IMG/VR virus record: IMGVR_UViG_3300049324_000002
Coordinates: 82,491 to 146,490 of that record
Strand: one strand, 5' to 3'
Source of the DNA: a virus
Length of the DNA: 64,000 bases
Below are positions 38,048 to 48,670 of the stretch, in pieces. The notes under the pieces are model-generated. The model was not told the origin of the DNA. It did not search any database and saw only the letters and a list, made by a program, of their open reading frames with translations. The position numbers and the translations under genes were made by a program. Each line of letters opens with the position of its first letter. Position 1 is the first letter of the stretch.

Positions 38048-38731
38048 TTACAGCCGCGCATCGTCACTCAAACGCTGTACTCGCTCAAGAACAACTTTCA
38101 CTGTATTACCATGATCTACAATTATTTGTTGCAGCGGACCCAAATCAATATCATCACCATCAACAACCAAACGCAACGGTACAAAGTCAGAAACAGAATC
38201 CGCATTCGCACGAGTAACCAACGTATCAGTAGCAAAAACCTTCATCCTGTTTATAGCTTCATCACCAATAGCAACCCATGAAACAACTGGACTAGGAACA
38301 AACGTCTCATCCCTAGTCATCACCCAAACAATAACATCCGTATATCGCTGAACAAAGACATACTGTCCACGCATGCGAATCAAATGACCAACCAAAGTAG
38401 AAGTACGCTTAGCACCCGCATCAGGACCATCAAAATGAATACGTGCAACCTCAGAACCCTGTAACGGGAAAGCAAAAACCGAACCCTCTTCAGCCACACC
38501 AGCATCAGTCAAAGCCTCAGCATTGCCACCTAACGAAAGCTTAGGGAGATGGCCGCCAGAAAATACAAGACCTAAATCTACACAAATCTCATTGGCTTGC
38601 TTGGCAGTCCTAGCAAAGATAACCAAATAACCCTGACGCACCCAACTAGGTGCCTTCAGTGTATGAAGAACATCTATAGGAAGATTGACGTCATAAGAAT
38701 CATACGAATAAGCTCGTAACTGACGGACCAT
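38048..38731 (-). CDS. hypothetical protein
   Basis: ORF with AGGAG RBS. Confidence 0.75.
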   Translation of the reverse strand: MVRQLRAYSYDSYDVNLPIDVLHTLKAPSWVRQGYLVIFARTAKQANEICVDLGLVFSGGHLPKLSLGGNAEALTDAGVAEEGSVFAFPLQGSEVARIHFDGPDAGAKRTSTLVGHLIRMRGQYVFVQRYTDVIVWVMTRDETFVPSPVVSWVAIGDEAINRMKVFATDTLVTRANADSVSDFVPLRLVVDGDDIDLGPLQQIIVDHGNTVKVVLERVQRLSDDARL

Positions 38732-38742
38732 GACAAGCTCCT

Positions 38743-39066
38743 TTATCGGATTTGGAGAAGAGTAGTACCGATTCTTGCTAACTGGGTTACACGATCAATA
38801 CGAACTCGTTTAAGATAATCAGTAGACTGAATGTCAGAGTCAATATAATCTAAAATCTCAAAAACGCTGTTCACAGAAACAAAAACACCAACATGATTAA
38901 ACGAATGAGTAACTAAAATCTGTGCTCCACTAAAAGGTGTATCTAATACAGTAGAATCAGCATACATAGTGCTATCAGCATTAAGCGCCCCATCATACAC
39001 ATAACCACGCTTAATCACACCAGACCCAACATCACGAACAGTTCCTAGCACAACAGGATTAACCAC
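38743..39066 (-). CDS. hypothetical protein
   Basis: ORF with AAGGAG RBS. Confidence 0.65.
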   Translation of the reverse strand: MVNPVVLGTVRDVGSGVIKRGYVYDGALNADSTMYADSTVLDTPFSGAQILVTHSFNHVGVFVSVNSVFEILDYIDSDIQSTDYLKRVRIDRVTQLARIGTTLLQIR

Positions 39067-39157
39067 GACGACGCTCCTTTACCGGAAATCATGCATTCCT
39101 GTAAGACTAGCAGACCTCGTACACAGCATGCAAGTCGGGCACGTCGTAGTCATACCG

Positions 39158-39925
39158 TCAAACCGAGGTGACTCCCAGAGCCTCCCGCAGCGGAGCACCC
39201 ACCGCCCACAAAGCACGCTGCGTCACGATCGCCCGTGCCACGTCCGGGGCCGAACGATGCTGCCACTCCCCCTCCAACCACGAAGCAACATCACGATTAC
39301 CAAAACAAAACCGTGGAGACTCATCCAAATCAATAAAAGTATTCCCAGACTCACTATCAATGTACCATTTAATAATTCCCTGCTCTAGTTTAGAACCAAC
39401 CAAACCAGTCAAATTGCTAGAAGTATCCACAGGACGATAACTGACCTGGCCACGCACCCCAGAAGGAACAACAACTCGAGGACAATGCAAACCTAGAATC
39501 GAGAAATCAAAACGAGCCGCGCCAGCACCACAGATATGAACAGTCTCATCAGGATCGCACACATTAGCAATATTATCCAAAAGCAACCGCTCAAGCTCAA
39601 AACCATCACGTAAAACTAAATCAGGATTACACGCAATATGATCCTGAAACAACAAAGACTTCTCAGCCATACTACGAGCAAACTTCTCGGTCTCACCAGA
39701 CCGCTGCTCGTTATTCTTCCAATAAGCTTTCTCATTACCACGCTTAAAAGGAATAATCTGTGGGCTATGCCCCAACTTATTATTATAGATAGACAAATAA
39801 CGATGCTGCATAGGAGATCTCATAGAACCACTAGGATCAGTGATAGCCCAAGCGCCCTCCAACAAAGTAATGTCAGAGACTCTCAACCCAGTAGCTTCGA
39901 AGTCAATAGCAAGGAAGGCAGTCAT
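39158..39925 (-). CDS. DnaQ-family (oligoribonuclease-like) 3'-5' exonuclease
   Basis: IDFEATGL, RFD, YRPVDTSS, HRSAPD; ATGA coupling to clamp gene. Confidence 0.8.
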   Translation of the reverse strand: MTAFLAIDFEATGLRVSDITLLEGAWAITDPSGSMRSPMQHRYLSIYNNKLGHSPQIIPFKRGNEKAYWKNNEQRSGETEKFARSMAEKSLLFQDHIACNPDLVLRDGFELERLLLDNIANVCDPDETVHICGAGAARFDFSILGLHCPRVVVPSGVRGQVSYRPVDTSSNLTGLVGSKLEQGIIKWYIDSESGNTFIDLDESPRFCFGNRDVASWLEGEWQHRSAPDVARAIVTQRALWAVGAPLREALGVTSV

Positions 39926-41256
39926 GAGATCCAATCACTCCGAACTTGTGATAAAGCCGACTGAACAGTCTTAGAACCATCCTGAACCACAACCCAAGCA
40001 GGACGTGACCTAGAACGTGGCTGCCCCAACAACAACGTCACCGACCCCGCATCAGTAGCATCATCAGACAAAGGAGACGCAGCAACAGCCGCCTTCACCG
40101 CCTTAGACAACGTATCCAAATTAAGTACGACAGTACGTGCAGAAGCAACAGTCTCCGAACCATCTACAACAAACTTACCATCGATCGTTTCCTCAGACAA
40201 ATCACCATACCGATTACGAGTAGCAATCTGAATCTTGCCGTCCTGAGGGAACCCAACACGCAAAGCAACAGCCGACGTCTCTTCATCAGAAGTAGGAGTA
40301 GCCCTACGCAAAGCATCAATCAACACATCAGCATTAACAGTCAAAGCATCACGATTCTCCGTCAACGGAGCAACCAAAGCAGACCGAGCAGTAGAAGGAA
40401 ACTCCCGCATCAACTTAGCAACAACAACACGATCCGGTGCATTCAACGCACCAATCTCAGCAATGACATGAAAATCAGTATTCGCAATCCTCAACTCAGG
40501 CGAGTCATTACGATCCAACATCTTAGTCAACAAATCAACACCAGTGGAAGGGAGATCGAAAGCCAACTCAACAGGCAGAGCACCCCTCACCCGGGCAAAG
40601 CACGAATCATCCGTCGAAACAACATCCCCACCAGACATACTAACCTGAGTAATAAAATCTTTATTAGAATCCCTAGACACAGCAAAACGCGTGCCATCAA
40701 AAGCGCGACGCAAAGCGTGTCGATCAACATCACACCACGTGATATCACCAAGATCAGGAGAAGCAGGATAATCCTGCGCTGCAGCCACCCGCAACGACCA
40801 CGAAGCAGTCCCCGACGACAAATGCATCATCGTGCCCTCACAACGGATCGTGATAGACGCGCCAGCCGCCTTAGACACCACAGACGCAAACCGAGACGCA
40901 CCAATCAGCACCCGGCCAGGATGCTCAACCTGCAACGCAGACGTCGAAGACAACACCCACGACGTAGAATCAGAACCAATCAAAACAAGCTTATCATCAG
41001 AAACTTCAATAACAACATTCTTAAGGGGAGGGTAGAAATCTCGAGTAGGAACGACCAACATCACCTGAGCAAGCATGCTCGAGAAAACCATACGAGACAT
41101 GGTAAAAGCAGGAGGAGCATCCGGCTCCTCCGCAACCATATCAAGCTCATCCAAACCTGCAGTATCTCCACTCAAAGCACTAACAGCCTCAGTCAAATCA
41201 TCAGCACCCAAAGCAATACCAAGATCTGCCAACATCTCCACGCCAGCGTCAGACAT
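39922..41256 (-). CDS. dnaN: DNA polymerase III beta sliding clamp
   Basis: VPTRDFYPPLKNV, LIGSD, DYP, FAVSRD, STD motifs; three-domain length. Confidence 0.85.
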   Translation of the reverse strand: MSDAGVEMLADLGIALGADDLTEAVSALSGDTAGLDELDMVAEEPDAPPAFTMSRMVFSSMLAQVMLVVPTRDFYPPLKNVVIEVSDDKLVLIGSDSTSWVLSSTSALQVEHPGRVLIGASRFASVVSKAAGASITIRCEGTMMHLSSGTASWSLRVAAAQDYPASPDLGDITWCDVDRHALRRAFDGTRFAVSRDSNKDFITQVSMSGGDVVSTDDSCFARVRGALPVELAFDLPSTGVDLLTKMLDRNDSPELRIANTDFHVIAEIGALNAPDRVVVAKLMREFPSTARSALVAPLTENRDALTVNADVLIDALRRATPTSDEETSAVALRVGFPQDGKIQIATRNRYGDLSEETIDGKFVVDGSETVASARTVVLNLDTLSKAVKAAVAASPLSDDATDAGSVTLLLGQPRSRSRPAWVVVQDGSKTVQSALSQVRSDWIS

Positions 41257-41530
41257 TATTCACCACCCCTTGCCTACAGCAATATTCAACGGCAGCTTGC
41301 AAAAAAGCATCCGTAGGACAACAGCAATCAGAACAAACAAAAATAGGAAGCCCAAGAGTTCCTATAAAAGAAAACCCTGCCTTACGTGCATTCGTACACT
41401 TACACACAGGTGAAGCTGGGCAAGGAGACTGATCTGAAAAACCAACGCCACAATTCTTACACTCAGAAACACCAATAACTTCTGTAGAGGCCATTTCATG
41501 GCCCCATGTGATATTATCAAAAACTCTCAC
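41249..41530 (-). CDS. Cys-rich small protein
   Basis: Multiple CxxC. Confidence 0.5.
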   Translation of the reverse strand: MRVFDNITWGHEMASTEVIGVSECKNCGVGFSDQSPCPASPVCKCTNARKAGFSFIGTLGLPIFVCSDCCCPTDAFLQAAVEYCCRQGVVNNV

Positions 41531-41793
41531 GATGTAGAACCGGTCTTATCCAACTGATTACGAACACGATCAATCTCAGTAGCAATCTCTTCATCCAAAG
41601 TACCAAGCAATTCACGAGCAGCCTCGAGCGTAGTCACCCGAAACTCTTTCTGCAATTTATCAAGTAAACGAACCTGCTCCTCTTCAGCGGCAGCGACACG
41701 AGCCTCAGCACGCGCCTGCTCGTCACGAAGCTGATCCACTTCACCACGCAACGCAGTGACCTCAGCAGCCAAATCACGGGTAGGGGCAGTCAC
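41527..41793 (-). CDS. coiled-coil protein
   Basis: Heptad pattern. Confidence 0.75.
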   Translation of the reverse strand: MTAPTRDLAAEVTALRGEVDQLRDEQARAEARVAAAEEEQVRLLDKLQKEFRVTTLEAARELLGTLDEEIATEIDRVRNQLDKTGSTS

Positions 41794-41834
41794 GTCACAT
41801 CTCCAAATCAGTGTGGGGAAAGTCTAAAAGAGTC

Positions 41835-42707
41835 CTACCCGCGCGACCGCGCCCGGACCGGAGTGAACACCCTATTAGAACTGGTGAACTTCTTACAAGC
41901 CTGTCGAACTGGGCACATAGAACAACCAGCAGAATCAGGCTTAGCGTCATCCTCTTCGCGCCAACGACGATGCGCAACACGCACTATCCGCGCCAACATA
42001 TCCATACGATCCTGATCTGAAATCACCACATCAGCAAAAGGATTCTCACGAACAGCAGGCTGCAGGAAAGAGAACCGTCTAGGTGAAACGCCAAACTGCG
42101 CGCGAATCGCCAAATCATAAAACGTGCCCTGACCAAGAGTCTTATTCAAATAAGTAGGATCCTTAGTAGCCTTCAAATCGAAAGCAGTCCAAACCTGAGG
42201 TACCTCAGACTCACGAACAAGAATATCAATACCGCCAGTAAGATTAATAACAACGAGAGTCTTATTGTCAAGCCATGGGATCCTAATAGGAACCTTGAAT
42301 CTATGCTCAGGCTCATACTCAAAAGGCACAACCCATTTCAACAACATGGGCTCGAGGCCAGTAAGGACAGTACGACAATGCGAAGCCAACGTCGCGCGAT
42401 CACCAGCATTACGCCAACGAACTACACCATCACCAGTATCTTTAGCTTCGTCTAAACACCTAACAATGAAATCCTCAACCATCCCCGGCATCTGACCCGG
42501 GAGGGGAGACTCACTAGACAACCAAGCACGCATAATACGGTCACAAACCGTACCATGAAAGTAATTACGAATATCAGTAGCTTCAGACTTCTTACCAGCA
42601 CGCATCAAATTAGACTTGTGCATGCACAATTCCATAGTCTGAAGTGCAGACCAACTAATATTGATGCGGGTCGGCTCAGCGACACACACCGACCCCGCAC
42701 CAGTCAT
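41835..42707 (-). CDS. RecB/Cas4-like PD-(D/E)XK exonuclease
   Basis: SWSAL..C, GGIDIL, DLKAT, Q..FY, CSMCPVRQAC Fe-S motif. Confidence 0.88.
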   Translation of the reverse strand: MTGAGSVCVAEPTRINISWSALQTMELCMHKSNLMRAGKKSEATDIRNYFHGTVCDRIMRAWLSSESPLPGQMPGMVEDFIVRCLDEAKDTGDGVVRWRNAGDRATLASHCRTVLTGLEPMLLKWVVPFEYEPEHRFKVPIRIPWLDNKTLVVINLTGGIDILVRESEVPQVWTAFDLKATKDPTYLNKTLGQGTFYDLAIRAQFGVSPRRFSFLQPAVRENPFADVVISDQDRMDMLARIVRVAHRRWREEDDAKPDSAGCSMCPVRQACKKFTSSNRVFTPVRARSRG

Positions 42708-42743
42708 ATTGAACCCTCCGCTCAGCTACTCCTACCGCTCAAA

Positions 42744-42968
42744 TCAGCCAGTCAAACCACGGAAGTAGTAAGCCAAACCTCGCATCTGCTCACGGTTAAT
42801 AACAACAGGTGGAGAATTCTTACGACAAGTTGATATAACACAATCTCCACCACGCTCCGCAACAAAAATCATCTGACAGCGCTCATCGGAATTACTCCAA
42901 TGCGCCTCAACAACAGCTCGTAAACCATCATCAGACACAGTAAACGGAACATTCCATGGCTCACTCAT
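42744..42968 (-). CDS. hypothetical protein
   Basis: ORF. Confidence 0.6.
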   Translation of the reverse strand: MSEPWNVPFTVSDDGLRAVVEAHWSNSDERCQMIFVAERGGDCVISTCRKNSPPVVINREQMRGLAYYFRGLTG

Positions 42969-42986
42969 AACTTCGACGCCCCTCGG

Positions 42987-44111
42987 CTAGACACTAGCAA
43001 GCTGGTCAACACGTCGACATTGCGCACGGCGCAACCTCGACTGAACCAACTGAATCGAGGAAGCGTCTCTCTCCACAGCAATGATTCGCCGTCGCTCAAG
43101 AACAGCAGCCTCAATAGTGCTGCCACTACCAGCAAACGGTTCTAGAATCAAACCACCACGGAAAGAAATAAGCCTAATAAACCAGCGCATAAGGCTAAGC
43201 GGTTTAACAGTATTGTGCGCAATCTCATCAGCATAATGATTCGGGTTCAGCGGTACCCAATCATTATGGGGGCATATAGGATGTGGCACAGACGAAAACG
43301 TCTGGCTCTTGCGCATATAGGACTGAGTAATAACCCCACAGACTCGACACTTCCAATGCCGTAACTCTCCAATCGTGGAAAGTTTGCCCGTCCCCTCACC
43401 GGGCGCCACCTCCACCCGAGGACGCTCAGCACTCGACGGCTTGTCAGACCAGTAAAAAGCAGGAAACAAATGCCCATTCGGACCAAGCTGCGAAACTACA
43501 CACCACGATACACACAAACCACCGATCTCGCACTGAGGATCATGCGACACCACAACATTACTCGGCCCAGCATTAGAAGGCGTGTCAGTAGACGTCACGT
43601 CTAGAGTAGCAGTTCCCCACTCGGCAATGGTATTAGTCAAACCACCGGACATAGGGGCACGAGCCAACACAAAAGGCTCACGACGCGACTTCACATAAGT
43701 CGCACGACCAGCCATCTCCTGAATTCTTTCAGGAGTATTATTCTTCGTAAGACGTGCTTCGAGATTCACAGCACGATGAAAAGAAGAAGAATAAAGCCAG
43801 TCAATAACGTCTACAATTTCCCAACCTGCATCCTCGACACCTTGCGTCAAACGATGAGCCGTCCTCGCTGACCCGGCCGCAACCATCCAGGCCCCCGGCT
43901 TCGCCACACGCAACGCCTCCACAGCCCAGGACTCACACCACGCCGCAAACGCACGGGCGCCGTAAGAATCCCAACCCTTCGTGCCGCCACCCATATCCAA
44001 AGCATAAGGAGGATCAGTGCAAATAGCATCAACACAATTATCAGGTATTAGTAGCAAGGCGTCTGCGACATCCCCATGAAGTAGAGAAACAGGATTATCG
44101 AGACTTATCAT
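42987..44111 (-). CDS. N6-adenine/N4-cytosine DNA methyltransferase (beta class)
   Basis: TDPPY, HNTVKPLSL, EPFAGSGST. Confidence 0.92.
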   Translation of the reverse strand: MISLDNPVSLLHGDVADALLLIPDNCVDAICTDPPYALDMGGGTKGWDSYGARAFAAWCESWAVEALRVAKPGAWMVAAGSARTAHRLTQGVEDAGWEIVDVIDWLYSSSFHRAVNLEARLTKNNTPERIQEMAGRATYVKSRREPFVLARAPMSGGLTNTIAEWGTATLDVTSTDTPSNAGPSNVVVSHDPQCEIGGLCVSWCVVSQLGPNGHLFPAFYWSDKPSSAERPRVEVAPGEGTGKLSTIGELRHWKCRVCGVITQSYMRKSQTFSSVPHPICPHNDWVPLNPNHYADEIAHNTVKPLSLMRWFIRLISFRGGLILEPFAGSGSTIEAAVLERRRIIAVERDASSIQLVQSRLRRAQCRRVDQLASV

Positions 44112-44260
44112 TTCTCTTGCTCGTTCCAGTAAAAGAAGCGATTACAGAAATTATAAAAGCAACAACTATACCAGTGACGAACCAACGCCACTCCCCCAAC
44201 CAAACCCAAAGCAAAAAACCTGAACAAAACGTAGCAGCAATAAAGAACAGCAAAATCTTC

Positions 44261-44482
44261 TCAAGATTCAACCTTGACCACCTTATACCCAGCGGCCAAA
44301 AGACTGGAAACAATATCCTCTGCACGTTCGCTATACATATACTTTGTCGCAATATCCAGACTAATCCAACGATTGCTATCTGAGAGAATACGTCCACAGT
44401 TATTCCCCCCTAACTCTGCTAATTTCCAAGCAAGAAACTCAGACAAATCTGATAGCACATCTTCATCACTCACTAATGTCAC
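44261..44482 (-). CDS. hypothetical protein
   Basis: GTGA coupling to Mre11 gene. Confidence 0.55.
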   Translation of the reverse strand: MTLVSDEDVLSDLSEFLAWKLAELGGNNCGRILSDSNRWISLDIATKYMYSERAEDIVSSLLAAGYKVVKVES

Positions 44483-45468
44483 TTCAGCGCCCCCGCAATA
44501 GCAGCAGTCAAAACTTCCTCAGCAAGAGACATCTCAGTAACAGACAAATTCATAGCGCGGACCTCTTCCAACACAGACTCCACAGAAGTCACAGACACCT
44601 GAGTCTGACCAACCGCACTAAGAAACACATTCAACCTATCACGATAATCAGTCTTAGCAACATGCTCAGCAAGACGGAAAACCTCACTAGCAGGTGGAGC
44701 CGACTTCAACACAACACGCTCAAACGCTTCACTACCCGAACGATTCGAATCCCAAATCGTTACGGCCGGAATACGACTAATATCCTCTTCATGCAAAGAA
44801 CCACGCGATAACGCACCCTGATTACAAAACACAACGCCATCAGTATCAAACACACCATGACAAGGATGAACATGACCGTAATAACAATAACCAAGATTAC
44901 CCATCCACCCGGCCACGATAGGAGCCGGAACATTCTCCCACGGCAACTCCTGACCAACCGGATACAACGGAGCATGCGTAACAATCAGTGACTCAGAAAT
45001 TCTCTGAGGCTCCAGCACCCAATCAGTAAAAGCCTTACCCGCATTCTGCCAATCCTGCTGCCACGAAACACCATACAAAGGCAAATCGCAATCAGCGCCA
45101 TACTCATCAGGAGCCCAACCAGACAACAACCTAGCACCACTATGTAACAAAACACCAAAAGGCTGAGTCTCATGAATCGACTCCACACGATCCTGCTGAA
45201 TATCGTGATTACCAATCACAAAATATACAGGCGCACGAAAAGACTGCACAACACCAATCATGCGCTGCACAGTACGATGACTAGTACGCATAGGAATCTT
45301 ACTATGGAAAATATCACCAGCAAACACAACCGCGTCAACATAACGTTTACCGGCAATATCAACTACTTCATCAAGCATCCTAAACAATTGATCATTATAA
45401 TCATCAGTGCAGTTACTCGGTGGCTTATCAGATAAATGGAGGTCACCTATGCACAGGATCGTAGTCAT
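44479..45468 (-). CDS. Mre11/SbcD metallophosphoesterase nuclease
   Basis: GDLH, AGDIF, GNHD, GHVH. Confidence 0.92.
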   Translation of the reverse strand: MTTILCIGDLHLSDKPPSNCTDDYNDQLFRMLDEVVDIAGKRYVDAVVFAGDIFHSKIPMRTSHRTVQRMIGVVQSFRAPVYFVIGNHDIQQDRVESIHETQPFGVLLHSGARLLSGWAPDEYGADCDLPLYGVSWQQDWQNAGKAFTDWVLEPQRISESLIVTHAPLYPVGQELPWENVPAPIVAGWMGNLGYCYYGHVHPCHGVFDTDGVVFCNQGALSRGSLHEEDISRIPAVTIWDSNRSGSEAFERVVLKSAPPASEVFRLAEHVAKTDYRDRLNVFLSAVGQTQVSVTSVESVLEEVRAMNLSVTEMSLAEEVLTAAIAGALK

Positions 45469-45512
45469 ACACATATCCTACCGAGACGGCACGACAGCCC
45501 CTACCCGGCCCG

Positions 45513-46007
45513 CTACCCAAGCAGCTCCTCCGCAACAGCCAACACACCATCAAGACCAACATAACGAACATACACACGGTACACAGCGTTACCGTTACTA
45601 TCGCGTTCTCGCACACTCCGAGCATCATAACAACCTCGAGGCTGAAAAGCTTTCAACCTACCCTGCTTTATTAAAGAAGCTCTATTTGATAATCTAGCTC
45701 GTTCTTTAACATTAGAATGAGGATTACTGTAAAGACCAATTTCATCAATACATACCCAATCGCCATGATGCTCTTTAACAACCGCAGCAACCTCGTGCAT
45801 ACCGCCAGTAGTCACTACAGTATCAGTTCTACGTTTAAGAATTAGAACATTGGACGCAGGGACATGCGATACATCATTCTGGCCGTCTGCTAGAACTTCT
45901 AGCATATCATCAGACGTATAATTCTCAAATCTCCCCAACTTAGCAAGACCAGACTCAAAAAAGATAACTAGGTCTCCCCACCTAAATCCTCTGTCGATGT
46001 TCGTCAT
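45513..46007 (-). CDS. hypothetical protein (leaderless MTNI start)
   Basis: TTGCAT-N17-TAGGAT-N6-ATG; VYVRYVG. Confidence 0.75.
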   Translation of the reverse strand: MTNIDRGFRWGDLVIFFESGLAKLGRFENYTSDDMLEVLADGQNDVSHVPASNVLILKRRTDTVVTTGGMHEVAAVVKEHHGDWVCIDEIGLYSNPHSNVKERARLSNRASLIKQGRLKAFQPRGCYDARSVRERDSNGNAVYRVYVRYVGLDGVLAVAEELLG

Positions 46008-46031
46008 ACCAACATCCTAGCATGATGGTAA

Positions 46032-46460
46032 TCAGGATGCAACTCTCGCCTTAGCCTGGCGCCTCGGCGAGGGAACACCACCCGGGCCGTCGACAAACAC
46101 AATCGGGGAACTCGTCTGCTGAGGCAACTGAAGAATCCAACGAGCAATATTAGTAGCAGCAATAACATCATCGTCAGAAGCTCGTTCAATAGCATCCCAG
46201 TCCGCACCGCGCGCAATACTCATCAACTCAAGACACAAAGAAGTCCTACGAGTACTGCCAGAAAAAACAGGTACAGATTTATAACCAGGATGCTCAGATA
46301 AAACCTCGAAAGCTAAACGAGCAATAACAAAAATATCACCCAACCTATCACCAGGAGCAGACAAACGAATTTTACGGAGAAGTAGAGAACTACTGCATTC
46401 CGACCAACACCCGGTCACAACTCCATCATCAGACAGAGTCAAGCCAGAGTAAACCTCCAT
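46032..46460 (-). CDS. hypothetical protein
   Basis: ORF. Confidence 0.6.
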   Translation of the reverse strand: MEVYSGLTLSDDGVVTGCWSECSSSLLLRKIRLSAPGDRLGDIFVIARLAFEVLSEHPGYKSVPVFSGSTRRTSLCLELMSIARGADWDAIERASDDDVIAATNIARWILQLPQQTSSPIVFVDGPGGVPSPRRQAKARVAS

Positions 46461-46496
46461 GAGATATTACCTCGTAATTTCCGAAAACAAACGTGG

Positions 46497-47588
46497 TCAA
46501 TGACCTACGCGCTCCATTTGCGCGTGCACAGCGTCCGCGCCACAAACCGGACACACACCAGCCTCCAATAGCACGGTACCTAACCGATCTCGAGCCTGCG
46601 CGCTATCCCCAACAGCACTAACAGCCAACGCTCTGGATTCCACCAAATGCGCAACAACACCACTCAACTCTTCGATCGCCCGCGCCAGCTCAGCGCGGCG
46701 AGCAGCAAGAAAAGCCAGCTCCACCACATCAGGAACCGAAACAATCGACACAGAATCTCGGCGATCCCTCGCGTCTGATACACCCGACACCAACCCGGCC
46801 AGGCGATCCCTCGCGGAAGCCAGCGCAGTGAGCCTGGAGACGTCAGGAACCGGCCTAATTACAGCCCGTGAGGCCACCACCCGATCGCTCGCATTATCCG
46901 CGTCAACAACACACCCAACCAGGGACCGGCGTTGCTCAGACAGCCTCAGAGCCCGCTCCAAAGAGATCTCCGCGTCACCACACGCCTCGACCTGAGCGCG
47001 TAGATCAACATAACCTCTTAGCTTTTCCTTAACCTGCTCAAGCTCCACGGAAAGAGCCGTCTGATTCTGCTTGGCCGCTGCAGCGCGACGATTCAACTCC
47101 CGAACCGAAGCATAAATCATCGTCACATTCGTCAACTCACCGAGCACGCGTGCAATTTGACTGCCAGTCTCATCCAACAAGAAAGGACGATCAAACTGAC
47201 CAGCTAACCACAATTCGCCATCACCGAAATCAAGTGCAGAATGAATAACCTCAGGCGCAGAAGTGCCACACTTAGTGAACACCTGAGTATCATCACTAGG
47301 AGGCTGAAGCTCGTAAGCAGAAACGCTCTTACCACGATCAACAGCAACACGTATCTGCGCATCCAAAGGATCGCCAAGGGACTTAGCCGAGTATACCTCA
47401 ATCCGCGCCTTACCCGCACCATTCCGCACATACGACGTACCTCGAGAGTTCTGTGACAAAACACGCAAAGCACGCACAATGGCGGTCTTACCGGAACTAG
47501 AAGGACCGACAATCACAGTAAACGGACCAAGCTGTAAGCTGGTCCGTTTATGAGACTGAAAGTCAGTCAAATTAAGTAGTGTTAACAC
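46497..47588 (-). CDS. Rad50/SbcC-like ATPase, N-terminal half
   Basis: DFQSH, GPSSSGKT Walker A, Q-loop, coiled coil, terminal CPVC hook; no signature or Walker B. Confidence 0.88.
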   Translation of the reverse strand: MLTLLNLTDFQSHKRTSLQLGPFTVIVGPSSSGKTAIVRALRVLSQNSRGTSYVRNGAGKARIEVYSAKSLGDPLDAQIRVAVDRGKSVSAYELQPPSDDTQVFTKCGTSAPEVIHSALDFGDGELWLAGQFDRPFLLDETGSQIARVLGELTNVTMIYASVRELNRRAAAAKQNQTALSVELEQVKEKLRGYVDLRAQVEACGDAEISLERALRLSEQRRSLVGCVVDADNASDRVVASRAVIRPVPDVSRLTALASARDRLAGLVSGVSDARDRRDSVSIVSVPDVVELAFLAARRAELARAIEELSGVVAHLVESRALAVSAVGDSAQARDRLGTVLLEAGVCPVCGADAVHAQMERVGH

Positions 47589-47779
47589 TTATGTACTCCA
47601 CCTCAAGGAGATAATGGTTGGAACACAATCTTTATTAGACCTATCAGTCCTACCAACTCTAGGTCCCCACAAAAGAAACCCACAACGCTTGCAATAAACT
47701 AAATCTCGAATCAATGCATTACCCTCTGGGTTCAATTGAACTGGAATATGGGTACCAAAATCACCTAAATCTTCTAAAT

Positions 47780-48340
47780 TTATACTCTCCACGGGAGCAT
47801 CCTACCGAAGAACCGAGACACGCGAGAATATAAAGACTGACTATTAGTATCACCAGGCACTACAGAGTACAAATCTTGATAACGAACTCGAACAATTTTC
47901 TCATTTACCATAAGATTAGCTCTAGGAGAAAAACCAGTATGCTCATGGATTAAACCATACACAAAATAACCACTATCTTTATCAAGATAGCAAACAGTCG
48001 ACCCAACAGGAAACTTATCAACAAAAGCTAAAAACTCCATCTTATATCGAAGACTTCTCTCGCGTCGAATCTCATCATCAACAGAAACATAAGAATTACG
48101 ATGCCGTTCGCCATACAAACGCGTTTCTTTGACAGCAGGCCCTCTACAACTACCACACATCTCCACGCCCATAGGCTGACCACCATTATAGCCTATATAG
48201 ACAGGACGCGCTAGCTGACAACGCTGACACACACCAGCCTTGACCGTGTCACCAAACCACGCCACACCCCAATCCCGGGGCACAATCTCATCATCAGCCA
48301 TAACGTATCCTACCCAACCAACACCAGAGCCGGTGACCAC
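47780..48340 (-). CDS. hypothetical protein (probable start MADDE)
   Basis: CQRC...CGSC. Confidence 0.6.
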   Translation of the reverse strand: MVTGSGVGWVGYVMADDEIVPRDWGVAWFGDTVKAGVCQRCQLARPVYIGYNGGQPMGVEMCGSCRGPAVKETRLYGERHRNSYVSVDDEIRRERSLRYKMEFLAFVDKFPVGSTVCYLDKDSGYFVYGLIHEHTGFSPRANLMVNEKIVRVRYQDLYSVVPGDTNSQSLYSRVSRFFGRMLPWRV

Positions 48341-48576
48341 TCAACCTTGTTACTCCGTGCGAGATTGCAGCCACGGCACGCGGGCTGCACGTTGCTCCGA
48401 GCATACGACCCACCCGGGACGATCCGATCTGCCTCGACGGTCTCATAGGTCAAGATCGCACCACAGTGCACACACGGGCACTTCACGCCATCACCCCAGG
48501 TGACCAGCATCCAGAACTTGCGCCGACGACGATCAGTAGAGTTGCCCCGCTTCTCGCCACCGGGTCGCATGCTCAT
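48310..48576 (-). CDS. HNH endonuclease
   Basis: CVHCG...ADRIVPGG.Y..NVQPACRGCN. Confidence 0.88.
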   Translation of the reverse strand: MSMRPGGEKRGNSTDRRRRKFWMLVTWGDGVKCPCVHCGAILTYETVEADRIVPGGSYARSNVQPACRGCNLARSNKVEWSPALVLVG

Positions 48577-48670
48577 CGTACTGTTCCCTTCGGATTTATC
48601 TCCTTGTGGAACCAACATACCATGCAAACATCGCGATGCGCAAGTAGATCTATAAAATCTTGCATAAATG

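Noticed and set aside
35524-41316. Long plus-strand ORFs 35524-36264 and 40468-41316
   Set aside because: Shadows of the helicase and sliding-clamp genes.
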